A stretch of DNA of 64,000 nucleotides from Malacoraja senta (taxonomy: Eukaryota), in contig CM075987.1 of assembly GCA_038087875.1 (NCBI GenBank), positions 23,066,001 through 23,130,000 of the forward strand, written 5' to 3'. Position numbers and translations under genes: made by a program. Under the pieces are notes generated by a model. It made no database searches. It saw only the letters and a list, made by a program, of their open reading frames with translations, and was not told the origin of the DNA. The stretch's first letter is position 1; each line of letters opens with the position of its first letter. Below, in pieces: positions 35,935-49,366 of this stretch.

Positions 35935-36255
35935 CAGACGCTGCCTGAGCTGCTGAGTTCCTCCAGCACTTTGTGTTTGACTCCACAAGCCGTAGTAATC
36001 ACTTTCGGTCCTTCACGCCAGGCCTTTGCGGTTCATGTACCAAGTCCAGTCATATTTATCGTCACAAGCTCAGGGACAGTGAGGTAGAGCCACAATGAAA
36101 ACCTTGCTTCCAGCAGCATCACGGACACACAGACAACACACACATGTACCTAAAGAAACATCCATTACATGTAACATTTCCAAAAACAAATAAGCTTTTT
36201 TCCAATCCCTTTGCACTTCCATATTTTGTAGCCTCGTTCTATTTTAATAATACCT

Positions 36256-36474
36256 AAAGGTCCTGTCCTGGTGATTTTTTCGGCGACTGCCGGCATCATT
36301 AACTGACGTATCAGGTTACTGAAAGATTTGCGGCGTGTCGACGCGCGGTGTTTTATTCAAGTGTCGCAACATTTGTTTTGTCGCCGCTGGATTTTGAAAT
36401 GTTCAAAATCTTTTGGCGACACTTATATGACGCCGGCAGTCGCTGAATAAAATCGCCAAGTGGGACAGGCCCTT
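36256..36474. mobile_element. PIF/Harbinger-like MITE
   Basis: Termini AGGTCCTGTCC...AAGTGGGACAGGCCCT in a TAA/TTA context, with internal inverted symmetry. Confidence 0.6.
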
Positions 36475-36480
36475 TAATCA

Positions 36481-37036
36481 GTCTGAAGAAGGGTCCCGAT
36501 CCGAAACATCGTCTGTTCATGTCTTCCAGAGATGCTGCCTGACCTGCTGAGTTACTCCAGCAGATGGGCACAAAGTGCTGGAGTAACTCATCGGTCAGGC
36601 AGCATCTCTGGAGAAAAGGAGTAGGTGACGTTTCAGGTCGAGGCTCTTCCTCAGACTGAGAGTTAGGGGAGAGGGATACTACTAGCGGTATGAAAAGGTA
36701 CAAAGAACAAACGGATGAAAGGTATGAAAAGAACAAATCAAAGCCAGCACCGATTATCAATGCAAGGTGGAGCCCACAATGGTCCATTGTTGACCGTGGG
36801 AAAGGGGACAGGAACAGAGAAACTAGCAGGACAACTAGCGTGGGGGAGGAACGGAGAGAGAGGGGATGCAAGGGTTACTTGAAATGAGAGAAATCAATGT
36901 TCATACCACTGGGGTGTACGCTGCCCAAACAAAATATGAGGTGCTGTTCCTCCATTTTGCGTTTGGCCTCACTCTGACAGTGGAGGAGGCCCAGGACAGA
37001 AAGGTCAGTGTGGGAATGGGAAGGGGAATTAAAGTG
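36481..37036 (-). mobile_element. Penelope-like element 3' end: GIY-YIG C-terminus plus head-to-head pLTR pieces
   Basis: 36875-37036 minus translates to HFNSPSHSHTDLSVLGLLHCQSEAKRKMEEQHLIFCLGSVHPSGMNIDFSHFK*. Hammerhead-like cores lie at 36483 (+) and about 36627-36655 (-). Confidence 0.82.
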
Positions 37037-37384
37037 TTACTCCTGCAATTAGTTTTGTTCAGGATTCCAGCATCTGCGGTTTCTTGTACCTGAATAACAC
37101 CTTGGTATTTTTATACTAATTCTTCCTTCCAAGTTGGATAACTGCATATTCCCACCTCTAAATAATACTTGTGCCTCTAAATACTACTTTGTTATTTTTT
37201 TCATTAATTCTTCCTTCCAAATAGGAGTACCGCTTTGTACTTCATCTGCCATTTCCGTGCCCACTCACTTCATCCATCTGTATCCCTCAACTCTTCACCA
37301 CTTGCTAATTCTGACTCTGTGAGTCTGAAGCTCTTCCCTCTGCCATGGGGGTCGCGGGCAATGTCAGCAATTATGGACACCGTA

Positions 37385-37890
37385 TCTGAGGAAGGATGTG
37401 CTGGCTCTGGAGAGGGTCCAGAGAAGGTCTTACAAGAAAGATTCCAGGAATGAGTAGGTTAACCTATGGTGAACGTTTGTCGGCACTGGGCCTGTACTCG
37501 CTGGAGTTTAGCAGAATGAGGGGGGGACCTCATTGAAACGTACAGAATAGTGAAAGGCTTGGAAAGAGTGGATGTGGAGAGGATGTTTCCATTAGTGGGA
37601 GAGTCTAGGACTAGGGGGGTCATAGCCTCAGAATTAAAGGACGTTCTTTTAGGAAGAAGATGAGGACAAATTTATTTAGTCAGAGGGTGGTGAATCTGTG
37701 GAATGCTTTGCCACAGAAGGCTGTATTTTTAAAGCAGAGACAGATAGATTCTTGATTAGTACGGGTGTCAGAGGTTATGGGGAGAAGGCAGGAGAATGGG
37801 GTTAGGAAGGAGAGATAGATCAGCCATGATTGAATGGCGGAGTAGACTTGATGGGCCGAATGGCCTAATTCTACCCCTATCCCTTATGAC
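37385..37890 (+). mobile_element. CR1 LINE 3' fragment
   Basis: Degenerate CR1 C-terminal coding sequence and 3' UTR, matching other copies in the window. Confidence 0.8.
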
Positions 37891-38095
37891 CGTACGCCCT
37901 TATGACCAATGACAGGAGGTTAGGGCAAGGGTCACTGGTCAGAGGAAGAAATTTTGCGCTTCAGTGAGGATGGCCACAGATGTCAGAGGGGAGGAGAGTG
38001 AAAAGGTTGGAAGTGTATAGGAATGGAAATGATGGAGGTCTGACCCCATGCACTTTAAATGAAAATAAGATGGGGAGACTATTCGATCTTTTAGT

Positions 38096-38405
38096 TTGAA
38101 TTTAGTTTAGAGATACAGCGCGGAAACAGGCCCTTCGGCCCACTGAGTCCGCGCTGACCACCGATCCCGGTACTTTAACACTACCCTACACACACTAGGG
38201 ACAATTTTACATTTTATACCAAGCCAATTATCCTACAAACCTGTAGTTCTTTGGAGTGTGGGAGGAAACCGAAAGGTCTCAGAGAAAACCCACGCAGGTC
38301 AAAGTACAAACTCCCTACAGATAAGCACCCGTGGTCAGGATCGAACCCGGCGCTGTCTCTGGCGCTGTGAGGCAGCAACCCCTCCACTGTGCCTCCGTGC
38401 CACCC
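38096..38405 (-). mobile_element. HE1/V-SINE-like SINE
   Basis: TTTAG tail, SINE core and tRNA head in reverse orientation. Confidence 0.82.
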
Positions 38406-38871
38406 AAAGGTCCTATTTGGGATTGGGGGGACAGAGATGCGCAGAAGATGTCAGGCAAAGATGACAACATGGTTGAGCAGTCGTTTGTGATCTTTGGAGC
38501 AGGAATTTGCAGGGATGTCATTCCCAGTCTTCAGACGTCCTTGGGCTGTCACAGTGGAGCAGCTGGTAGAGCAACTACCTCGCAGCGCCAGAGACCCAGG
38601 TTCGATCCTGACCTCGGGTGTTGTCTATGTGGAGTTTCTTTGTCGATGCCCTCTCTTTGACCGCGTGGATTTCCTCTAGCGTAGACTCTACAGTAAGTTT
38701 TGCAAAGGAAATGGATGTGCGGAGATGAGTGTCAGGATAGCAGGGACAAGACTGAGATGCACGACTAAGCTGCAAAGAACCAGTGGCAACGTGACCAGCA
38801 CAATTGCCTGTCCCTGTGTTATAGTGAGGCTGTTCCCAGGGTTTGAGAATGGATTGATCAGGCACACACTG

Positions 38872-39285
38872 AAGGGCCTGTCCCACTTGGCCGTCATTTG
38901 CGCCTCATTTACACGTCATATGTAAAACAGGTCGACGCAGCGTTACCAGCGACGTCGCGTGCAAATCATGCGTCATCATGCCGTCTGGTGCGCGTGATGT
39001 CATTAGAATACCCTGCGGCGCGCGGCGATGCATGGTTACGCACGGTGACGTAACCACACGTCACCACGTGAGACGTCAGGACGCCAGCGTGTGATGCCAA
39101 TGCGTCAGCACGAAATCCTGCATGCACGAAATCCTGGAGCGCCACGCGATACCGCGCGCGACTCCACACTCCTCCACGCCTCTACATGCGCCCGTCCGGC
39201 GCTACCCACCCGCTACCCGTGCGTCACAACGCGACGACCACATTTTTGGAGGTCGCGTAAATGACGGGCAAGTGGGACAGGCCCA
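38872..39285. mobile_element. PIF/Harbinger-like MITE, CpG-rich
   Basis: TIR GGGCCTGTCCCACTTGGCCGTCATTT...AAATGACGGGCAAGTGGGACAGGCCC. Confidence 0.78.
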
Positions 39286-41709
39286 TAAACCTCTGCCAGG
39301 GGTGGTGGTGGAGGCAGTTATACAAAAGTGGCGTTTAGGAGGCTTCAGATAGGTGCATAGATATTGCAGGGAATGGAGGGATATGGATCACGTGCGGGCA
39401 GAGGAAATTAGTTTAACCTGGCACCAAGTTTATCTCGGCATGGACAGTGTGGGCTGAAGGGCCTGTTCCTGTGCTGTCCTGTTCTTGAGTCCATCAGTCA
39501 GGTTCAGCATGAGTTGGATTGTCGGAGTGAATGATGGCGACACACTGTGCCTGATCTGCGATCTGTTCCCAACACTCTCAACAAACTCCCACAGTTTTGA
39601 GGATGATCCTTGAAATATAATTTCAAAAATCATGAAAGAATTGTTGACTGCCAAGTCAGGCAGTTGGAGGGGTGGGACTCAATGACATCGCATGCGTTTA
39701 GCAACAGGGTGCAGCATTAGAAGCATTAACTCCCCACGATATTCCACACACTCAGTCACATCCCCACACCTATAGAGTCAGACAGCATGGCATCAGGCCC
39801 TTCAGCCCAGTGTGTGGGAAGGAACTGCAGATGCTGGTTTAAACCAAAGACAGACCCAAAATGCTGGAGTAACTCAGCGGGACAGGCAGTGCCTCTGGGG
39901 CGAAGGAATAGGTGACGTTTTGTGGTCGAGGCCCTTCGTCAGACTTCAAACATCACCCCTTCTTTCTCTCCAGAGATTCTGCCTGTCCTGCTGTGTTACT
40001 CCAGCATTTTGTGTCTATCGTCCCTTCAGCCCAGCATGTCCGTGCTGGCCCATATGTCCCATCTACACTAATCCCACCTGGTCACATTTGGTTCATGCCC
40101 CCTTAAACCTTTCCTATCCGTGTTCCTGTCCAAATATTTTAAAAATCTTGGATCTTGGATCTTCTCTTGGAATCTTTATTGTCATTCAGACCTTTCAGTC
40201 TGAACGAAATTTCGTTGCCTTGCAGTCATACATATAATAAATAACAAAACACACAATAAACACAAATTTAACATCCACCACAGTGAGTTCATCAGACACC
40301 TCCTCACTGTGATGGAAGGCAAAAGTCTTAAGTATTTGTCTCTTCCCTTCTCGTTCTCCCTCTGCGCTGAGGCGATCCAGGCTTCTGAAGTTGTGACCCT
40401 CACCGGGTGATGGTAAGTAAGTCCCGCGGCTCAACCGTGCTCCGCGAACGGGCCGGTTCAATCTCCGCGGCCCGGGGTGATCGAAGCTGCCGCCCTCCAG
40501 TCCAGCAAAATTATATCATATTACCTGCCTGAACGACCTCCTCCGGCAGCTCGTGCCCACCACCATTCGTCTGAAAAACCTGCCCCTCAGGTTCCTATTA
40601 AATCTTTTCCTTCTCACCTTCACCCTACATCCTCTGGTTCTTGATTACTCTACTCTGGGTAAAAGACTCCACGATGGTACATTGCTTTGCTATCCAGCGG
40701 AAAGGTCAAAGATCACAATGAGAGCCGCCACCAAGATTCAGAGTTCGGAGGTGATGATTGTAAGATGGTTCGGAAGTCGGTTGAGACCGGAGTTTGCGAA
40801 GACAAAATAAAAGCCTCAACCATTCCAGATCTTTGCTTGGGTCTCTGTTGAAGGACTATGAACAATTCAGGACACTGTAGGGTATGAAGGAGGGGGTGAA
40901 GTCGTGGGAGATAAATCTTCTTCTGTACGTGTCCATCTTGTTACAAATGTTGACATTGCTGTCATCAAAGGACGCGAGCTTCCGGCGACAATCAGTGGAA
41001 GCCATCACTTGTCGCAATAGGTGATGGTGGTGGCAGAATTAGCACGGGATACTTCCAGTTTCCAGCCCCGCGACATGGACGCCTCTGCTATGGGGCCAAT
41101 GGAGATAAGTGAGAAGAGGTTTCACAAGAGGATATCAAAGTGGACTTTCCCATCCCATGTTCCAAGCCCATTGTCTGCATTTAATTGTGGGTCTGATTCC
41201 GGAGTCCATGAGTTCACGTCCCAGTCCAGATATATCTCAGCTCCATATCTATGCTGCCACTTCCAACCACATTACCGAGGGAGTCCTGCACTGTCAGAGG
41301 AGCTGTCTATTGCCACTATGGAGCAGCTGGTGGAGCTGTGGCCTCTCGGTGCCAGTGAACTAGGTTGAATCCTGCGTGTAGTTTGCAGTTCACCCTGTGC
41401 CTGTACGGGTGTCCTCTGGGTGCTCCGGTTTCCTTCCACATCCTGCCTCTCCAATGGCGCTTTCAGCTCAGTAATTTCACTCAGTAATTGAGGCCCCTGC
41501 TGGCCACAGAGACCACGCAAGGATGTCACAAGTGCGATCGAATGTTTAAACTAGTCGCTGCCCCTCAGCCCCCAACACCAGAATTCCAAGCGGGGTCGAT
41601 GGTGAATTGCACTCTCTGCTGCTTCATTCAGTGGGGGAAGTTTCCTGATTTGCTGAGGGACAGGTCCCAAGACTCACAGGCCCCACGTCCACAGGCCTCC
41701 GTCTCAACA

Positions 41710-42016
41710 GCACGGTGGCGCAGCGGTAGAGTTGCTGCCTCGCAGCGCCAGAGACCCGGGTTCGATCCTGACCACGGGTGCTGCCTGTACGGAGTTTGCA
41801 CGTTCTCCCTGTGACCTGCGTGGGTTTTCTCTGGGATCTCCGGTTTCCTCCCACATTCCAAAGACATGCAGGCTTGTAGGTTAATTGGCTTCTGCAAATT
41901 GCCCCTGGTGCATAGGATGTAAAACTTGGATAACATAGTACTGGTGATCACTGGTGAGCACGAACCTAATGGACCAAGGGGTCTGTTTCCACGCTCAATC
42001 TCTAAGCTAAACTAAA
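41710..42016 (+). mobile_element. HE1/V-SINE-like SINE
   Basis: GCACGGTGGCGCAGCGG A-box, GGTTCGATCC B-box, core and CTAAA tail. Confidence 0.88.
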
Positions 42017-43280
42017 TTCAGGCCTCATAGGCCTCACAGGCCCAACCAGCCCCTCTTTCCCTCCCCTTGCATTAACACAGTCCTGCTGGGGGCTGGTAAA
42101 GAGATCAGGACATGTAGAAGCCTCGCCTTTTAATCAAAGATCAGAAGGAAGGGAAGGCTTCTAAGTGCCGATGGTTTTTGCTAATGAGGCTAAATTAGGT
42201 TTACGGTTGATACTGAGCAAACCTCTGCACTCCCAGTCCATTTGTCGGTTTATTTTCCAGCGAGTCTGCAGCTTTGTCATCCCTCTGGAGAGCACAGATT
42301 GAAGATAATTGGCTGAGGTAGCAGAGGGGAGCTGGGAATATTGTTTGCCAGGAGATGTGATGTGGTATTTACTGCCCGAGAGACCACAGATTCAGTAATA
42401 ACGCTCGGAAGTTTATAAAAGGCACTTTTAAAGGCCCGAGGAACAGGAAGAGGGTGGAAGTGAGTCAAAGGGCTCTTTCCATGTAGCGGGGGTTAAAGCA
42501 GCAAAGATATTGACCACCCCCACCCCTCCCCACCCACCAGTAGAGAGAGAGAGAGACTGAGCAATGAAGCAATGTACTGTGAGTGCTCACACTGACTGAT
42601 CAGGTTCTGGGAACAGGGACACATTCGGAGACGGACGTCAAGTGCTGCTGGAAGGTCATCGACTTGGTGACAGATCTCTTTGGTCGGCCTGAGTGAGATG
42701 ATGTCCATCGGGGAATGTTGCCGACTGGCCCGCTCCAGACTGCAGGAGTACGTACTGAGGGACTGCTTAGCACGCAACGAAAGCTTTTCACTGTACCTTG
42801 GTACACGTGACAATAAACTAAACTGAACTAAACTCACTGAAGCTCCCCCAAGGCTCTGTGGGGGATGGCCAAACAGTCTAGGGTTCATCCGCTGTTGGAC
42901 ATTGGGGGGGGAGGTGGGGGGCGGTGCGGTGGGTGGGGGCACCCCTCAAACAAGGGAAGGGATATCACCCCAGGGAGGCCACATGCATGCTGGGTATAGT
43001 TATGTTTTTTGGAGCAATACAAAATGTAAGGCCAACGAAGGTATGTATAGCCGTGGAGGATGTCAGAGGAACTTTGCACAGCTCTTATTTTGTACATCGT
43101 TTTTATCCTGAATAAATTTTATTTTGAATAATAAAGATTGATTAGCATCTGCGGCCAGTTTGAGATGGCATGGGCAACGGCAGGAAGAGGGAGGCCACGG
43201 TCTGCGGCAACTGGCCTGACTGATCTTCCGTCCCCTTCACCGTCAGCTCTGATGACCTGAAGATGCTGGGATGTGGATCA

Positions 43281-43570
43281 GGGGGCAGCAAGGTGGAGCA
43301 GCGGTAGAGTTGCTGCCTTACAGCGCCAGAGAGACCCGGGTTCGATCCTGACTATGTGGATGCTGTCTGTACAGAGTTTGTACTTTCTCCCCATGACCCG
43401 TGTGGGTTTTCTCCGGGAGCTCGGTTTCCTCCCACACTCCAAAGATGTACATGTTTGTAGTTTAATTGTAAGGCTTCGGTCAAATTGTAAACTGTCCCTA
43501 GTGTATAGGATAGTGCCAGTGTACAGGGTTGGCATGGCCTCTGTGTGATGGCGGGTACTGTATCTCTAAA
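43281..43570 (+). mobile_element. HE1/V-SINE-like SINE
   Basis: A-box, B-box and core as in the other copies. Confidence 0.82.
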
Positions 43571-43589
43571 GTCTATCATCTCTAAAGAC

Positions 43590-44039
43590 ATTGCCACACC
43601 ACCTGTCCTTTGTGGAAAGGTTCTTCCAGACCACCACCTTTGACCACAAGTCCATGGGGCAGTGGTCAGCGTGGAACACCTGTAGACACTGTAGGACAAG
43701 GACACCATGGGTCCTCTGACATGGCTCCCTGAGTGGACTGCCCGGCTTGTCTGACGAAATGCCTCATCGCCAGAACTCACCAACAAGCACCAGGACCTAG
43801 CTTGGCTGGAGTTAAGAGGGGCCCTCCCAGTCAGATCCTTCCTGCACCGTTGGAACCTCACTGCCAGTGCACACTGCCCTTGGGACGGCTGCTACGGAGA
43901 GGAGATGGTTGCCAGCCTCTTTACAGAGTGTGGATTTGTGCAGAGTATCTGGGGAAGGATGCAAGGGTCCTCGAACAGCTCCAGAACAGAGGACTCTCTG
44001 ATTTACAGGCTGTTCGCAGGGACACGCTGAGATGGCTTT
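43590..44039 (+). mobile_element. Old Tx1-like LINE remnant, host of the L1 insertion (continues at 47853-48000)
   Basis: Encodes NASSPELTNKHQDLAWL...ALPVRSFLH-like sequence. A related 3' end lies at about 42680-43135. Confidence 0.5.
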
Positions 44040-44051
44040 AAGACCATCAAC

Positions 44052-47000
44052 AACTATGGTAAATATTTACGCTCCGAATTTTGATAACCCTCAATTCTTT
44101 GAGAACATTATAGATATAATACTGGAGTTTAATTATCAAAATGTCATAATAGGAGGGGATTTCAACTGTGTTTTAGATCCATACTTAGACAAATCAGCAA
44201 AACAAAGAAGGAGTAATACAAAATCTAAGACTAGTGAATTTCTAAATACATATATAAAAAATACTAACATAACAGATGTATGGAGATCTGCTAACCCAGC
44301 AGGAAGGGAATACTCGTTTTACTCTTCGGTACATAAAACATGCTCAAGAATTGATTATTTTTTAGTGGATAGGAAATTAATGCCATATATAATTAACCCA
44401 ACTTACCATATTAGTAGTATTTCTGATCACTCTCCATTGACTTTTTTAGTAAAATTTGAAGGAATGCCGGGAAAGAATTTTTTTTGGAGGTTTAACACAT
44501 ATATATTAAATTACTTACAGGGTTATCAATATTTGAAACAACAAATGATATCATTTTTTTAGATAAATGATACACCAGGTACCTCACCTTCTTTAATATG
44601 GGAAACTTTTAAAGCATTTATTAGAGGAATTATAATTTCATATGAAATTTTTCAAAATAAGAAGAATAAGACAGAACAGATGCTGTTAGAACAAGAAATA
44701 AGACAGTTAGAGTTAGATAATGCTAAAGATCCCACTATAGATAAACATAATAAGATAATACTACTGAAATTTAAACTTAACCGAATTCTCTCGGCAAGAG
44801 TAATAAGATTATTCCAAATTACAAAACAGGAACATTTTGAGTTTGGTGACAAACCACATAAGCTGTTGGCGCGTCAATTGAAAAAACAGGAAAAGGAAAA
44901 TACTATAAATAAAATTAAATCCGAGAATGGTGAATTACTAACACTACCTAAAGATATTAATAAAAGATTTGTTCAATTTTATCAAAATTTATATACATCA
45001 AAAACCAAAACAGAAGATAGTAAAATTACAAACTTTTTAGATAAATGTAATCTACCAAAACTTGACCTTTTGGAACAAGAAGAACTAGGAGCGCAAATTA
45101 CAATCGAAGAAATAGGTGAAACAATAAAATCGCTGAAAAATGGTAAGACACTGGGACCAGATGGTTTTAGTAATGAATTTCATAAAAAGTTTCATGAGAT
45201 AACGACCCCCTATCTATTTAATTTATATACTTACGTTTTTAAAGAAAATAAATTACCTGAAACATTAGCAGAATCAACTATTACGCTAATTCCAAAGAAA
45301 GATAAAGATCTAGAGGAACCGGGCTCATATAGAGCTATATCACTTTTAAATACCGACCAGAAAATTCTAGCAAAGACTTTAGCTAGAAGACTAAGCAAAT
45401 ATATTAGTAAATTGATAAACCCTGATCAAACGAGGTTTATACCCAAAAGATATTCATTTAATAATTTGAGACGCCTGTTTAATATAATGTACTCACATAA
45501 AACGGAGGAAAAAGACTTAGCAATTATTTCTTTGGACACAGAGAAAGCATTTGATCAGGTAGAATGGCAGTATTTATACATAGTATTACAAAAATTTAAT
45601 ATGGGAGAGAATTTTATTGCATGGGTGAAATTATTATATGATAAACCGATGGCAAGAATATTAACTAACAGCATGTTATCTCAAAAATTTCAATTATCAA
45701 GGGGTAATAGGCAGGGATGTGCTTTATCACCCCTGCTATTTGCCCTTATGATAGAACCTCTGGCTGAAAGTATAAGAAGCCATCCGAATATTCAGGGTTA
45801 TAATACTAGGGACTCAAATAATAAAATTTCATTATATGCAGACGATATTTTGTTATATATAACAAATTCACAAACGAGCATACCAAATTTATTAAATTTA
45901 ATAGAGGAATTTGGGTCCTTTTCTGGATATAGAATAAACTGGAACAAAAGTGAAATTATGACGTTAAAACCTCAAGAATCCACACACTTATTGAAATTCC
46001 CCTTTAAAATAGCAACAGAAAAATTCAAATATTTGGGTATTCAGATTACTAGAAAACATAAAGCTTTATTCAATGCCAATTTTATACCCTTAATAAATAA
46101 ACTTAATATAATGATAAAATTTTGGAAAACACTCCCTTTATCATTAATAGGCAGAATAAATGCTATTAAAATGAGCTTCCTACCACAGTTATTATACCTA
46201 TCTCAATCTATACCAGTATATGTACCAAAATATTTTTTTTCTAAACTGAACGCTAATATTACTAATTTAGTTTGGGATTACAAATCACATAGAATTAAAA
46301 AAGAACACTTATGTAAACCAAAAGATGTCGGGGGACTTTCACTCCCTAATTTTCTGTATTACTATTGGGCAATACATATTAAGAATATAATTTACTGGTT
46401 GGATAGTTCAACTCAACAGACAGAATGGATAAAAATGGAGAAAGAGGATTGTTATCCTTGTAATATAGGAACAATCCTCTTCTCCCCGAAAAAAATGAAC
46501 AATACAATATATAAGAAAAACCCAATTATACAGGATACAATAAGAATATGGAAACAAATAAAATTATCCTTAAAATTAAGAAACCTATCATTGTTAACAC
46601 CGATAGCGAATAATCCTTTATTTAAACCATCTATGATGGATAAAATATATAATCAATGGGAAAGTTTAGGAATTAAAAGGATCGGGGATATGTATGAAAT
46701 GGGAGATTTATTATCATTTCAACAATTACAATTAAAATTTAAACTGAAAAACACTCATTATTTTAAATATTTTCAGATTTGTAATTTTTTGAAGTCATAC
46801 ATACAGGGATATCAAAAAATAACTCCTGATTTACTAGAAGAAGTAATGAATATAAAAGCTGATACACAAAAATTAATATCATATTTATATAATAGTATCT
46901 TAAATATAGATTTACCTGTGACCGAGGTAATTAGAGAAGAGTGGGAACGGGAATTATTGGTAAAAATTACGAAGGCTACATGGGAAAAGTATTTGACATA

Positions 47001-47840
47001 CATTCACAAGTGTTCGATTAACGCAAGACATAATCTAATCCAATTTAAAATTTTACATAGATTATATTACTCAAAAACAAGATTAAATAAATTTTATCCA
47101 AATATATCGCCCATTTGCGATAAATGTTTAACCCAAGATGCAACTATAACACACTCTTTTGTTTCTTGTATAAAACTTCATGGATTTTGGAGTGATATTT
47201 TCGAAATATTTACAAAATTATTTAAGACAAAAATGGAACCCAATAATGAATTGATTATATTTGGGGTAATGGAAGACGGGAACAAATTGAGCTCATCTCA
47301 AAAGTCAATGTTTAATTATGGTTTAATAATAGCAAAAAAATTAATATTTAAATTTTGAAAAAATACACCAATACCAACGCTCAAAATGTGGATTGCAAGT
47401 ATGTTGGATACCGCACATCTTGAGGAAATGCGATTCCTCCTAATAGATAAATTTGACCAATTCATAACGAGTTGGTCTCCATTTGTCGTCTTTTTGGAAA
47501 CATATGGTGCAAAACAGGTGTAAAAGCTAATCCGTGACTGCGGATGGTCAAGATTATAAATGATCTCCTTCTATTTTCTTTTCTTCTCTTCTCTTCTTTT
47601 ATTCTCTTTCTTCTATTTTCTATGTCTCAACTTTCTTTTTTCATTCTTTATTTTTCTTTTTCACACACTATATATCTCACATTTATCTATTTTTCATTAT
47701 CTAACTTTTTTCTTTTTCTTCTTTATTTCAAATTTTTTTTAAAATAAGAAGCTGTACATAAAAGGTATTATGAAAATATGATTGTATACAATGGTACTTA
47801 ATTCTAATAAAATAAAAATAAAAAATTAAAAATTAAAAAA
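44052..47840 (+). mobile_element. L1-clade LINE, 5'-truncated within the endonuclease, near-intact ORF2
   Basis: NIYAPN, GGDFN, SRIDY, SDH (APE domain), RQGCALSPLLF and YADD (RT), and a Cys-rich C-terminus. One frame runs to 47523 with two nonsense codons (44560 and 47356). A-rich tail and 12-bp TSD AAGACCATCAAC at 44040-44051 and 47841-47852. Confidence 0.96.
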
Positions 47841-48000
47841 AAGACCATCAACCACGGGAGTACTTGCTGAGCGACTCGCTGAAGCTTGGTGAAGCCAACA
47901 TCAAGGCTCCGTGGGGGAGGACCACATTCTAGGGTCCTTCAGCTGCTGGACATTGAGAGACGGAGTCTGGTGGGACGTCCCCTTGAACAGGGGAAGGCAG

Positions 48001-48405
48001 TCATGAGGTATTGAGGTCAAGAAATGGTAGGGAAGTGTCGGAAATGGTCCAGGTGTATTTGAGTGCGGGATGGAAGTTAATGGTGAAGCGGATGAAGTCA
48101 GTCAGTTGTGTATGGGTGCAAGAGGTAGCACCAATGCAATCGTCGATGTAGCGGAGGTAGAGGTCGGGGATGGGGCCCTGGTACGTCTCGAACAAGGAAT
48201 GTTCGACGTACCCTACAAAGAGGCAGGCGTAGCTGGGGCCCATGCGTGTGCCCATAGCTACGCCTTGTATTTGGAGGAAATGGGAGGAGTCAAACAAAAA
48301 GTTATTAAGGGTCTGAAGAAAGGTTTCGGCCCGAAACGTTGCCTATTTCCTTCGCTCCATAGATGCTGCTGCACCCGCTGAGTTTCTCCAGCATTTTTGT
48401 CTACA
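48001..48405 (-). mobile_element. Penelope-like RT fragment with inverted pLTR
   Basis: QIQGVAMGTRMGPSYACLF...LRYIDD...FHPALKYT...LPFLD, joined to an opposite-strand pLTR piece beginning at 48311. Confidence 0.88.
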
Positions 48406-48464
48406 AGGGAAGGCATATCACTCCAGGAGGCAACACCATTGAGGATGACACTAACAAATGTATA

Positions 48465-49366
48465 GATAGATAGATAGATAGATATGCCTTTATTGTCATT
48501 CAGACCGAAGTCTGGACGAAATTGCAGCAGTCATACATATAATACAATAAAAACAACAATAAACACATATTAACATCCACCACAGTGAGTCCACCCAGCA
48601 TCTCCTCACTATGATGGAGGCAAAAGTCTTAGGTCTGCAGTCTCTTCCCTCCTCTTCTCTCTCTGCGCTGAGGCGATACCCCCCGGGCGATGTTATAAAT
48701 CAGTCCCGCGGCTCAAACACCGCGGCCCGGGGTGGTCGAAGCTGCCGCCAACCAGTCCGAACCCCGGACTCAGGCCACCACCGCCAGAACACCGTTCCAG
48801 CCACCCTCACGTGAGTACCGTGCCGTCTTCAGCCTCGGGCTGGGCCGCCCCGACATGGGCGCCGAACCTCCCCCGAGCCGGGCCGCCCCGAGTTGGGCGT
48901 CGCTTCTCCCCCCGGCCGGGCCGCCCCGACATGGGCACCGAACCTCCCTCGGGCTGCGAGCGCCGCACCTCCCCGAGCTCGGCCACTCCAACGGGAGCCT
49001 CGTTCCACCCTCTCACGAGAGCGCTGTCCACAACCTCTCACGGGAGCACTGTTCCAGCCCTGAGCCGGACCACCCTCACGGGAGTGAGCTCAGGGCGAGT
49101 CCTGACAGGCTCTGCCTCCGGAGCCTCAAGGTCATCAGCTCCATTAGGCCTCAGCGCAGACGGAGGCAGAGAAGGGGAATACGACAAAAAAGTCGCATTC
49201 CCCCGCGGGGAGAGACTGCAAACCCCGTTTCAACCCCCCACCCCCCCCCAAAACACAAACTAAGAACCAAAAACTAGACTAACCAAAACAAAATAAACAA
49301 CACAAAAAACACAAACAAACGGGACTGCCGGTGAGCCGCTGCAGCCAAGGCCTCGCCGCCACTCCG
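48465..49366 (-). mobile_element. GC-rich non-coding retroposon with (TCTA)n tail
   Basis: GACAATAAA plus a microsatellite tail, internal direct repeats of GGGCCGCCCCGACATGGGC(G/A)CCGAACCTCCC, and similarity to 40150-40505 and 12454-12930. Confidence 0.6.

Noticed and set aside
40810..41330. Possible host exon (ORF 41021-41368)
   Set aside because: No recognisable protein or convincing splice pair, so it is left unassigned.
41710..41790. tRNA genes at SINE heads
   Set aside because: The A-box and B-box run directly into the SINE core and tail, so these are tRNA-derived SINEs.
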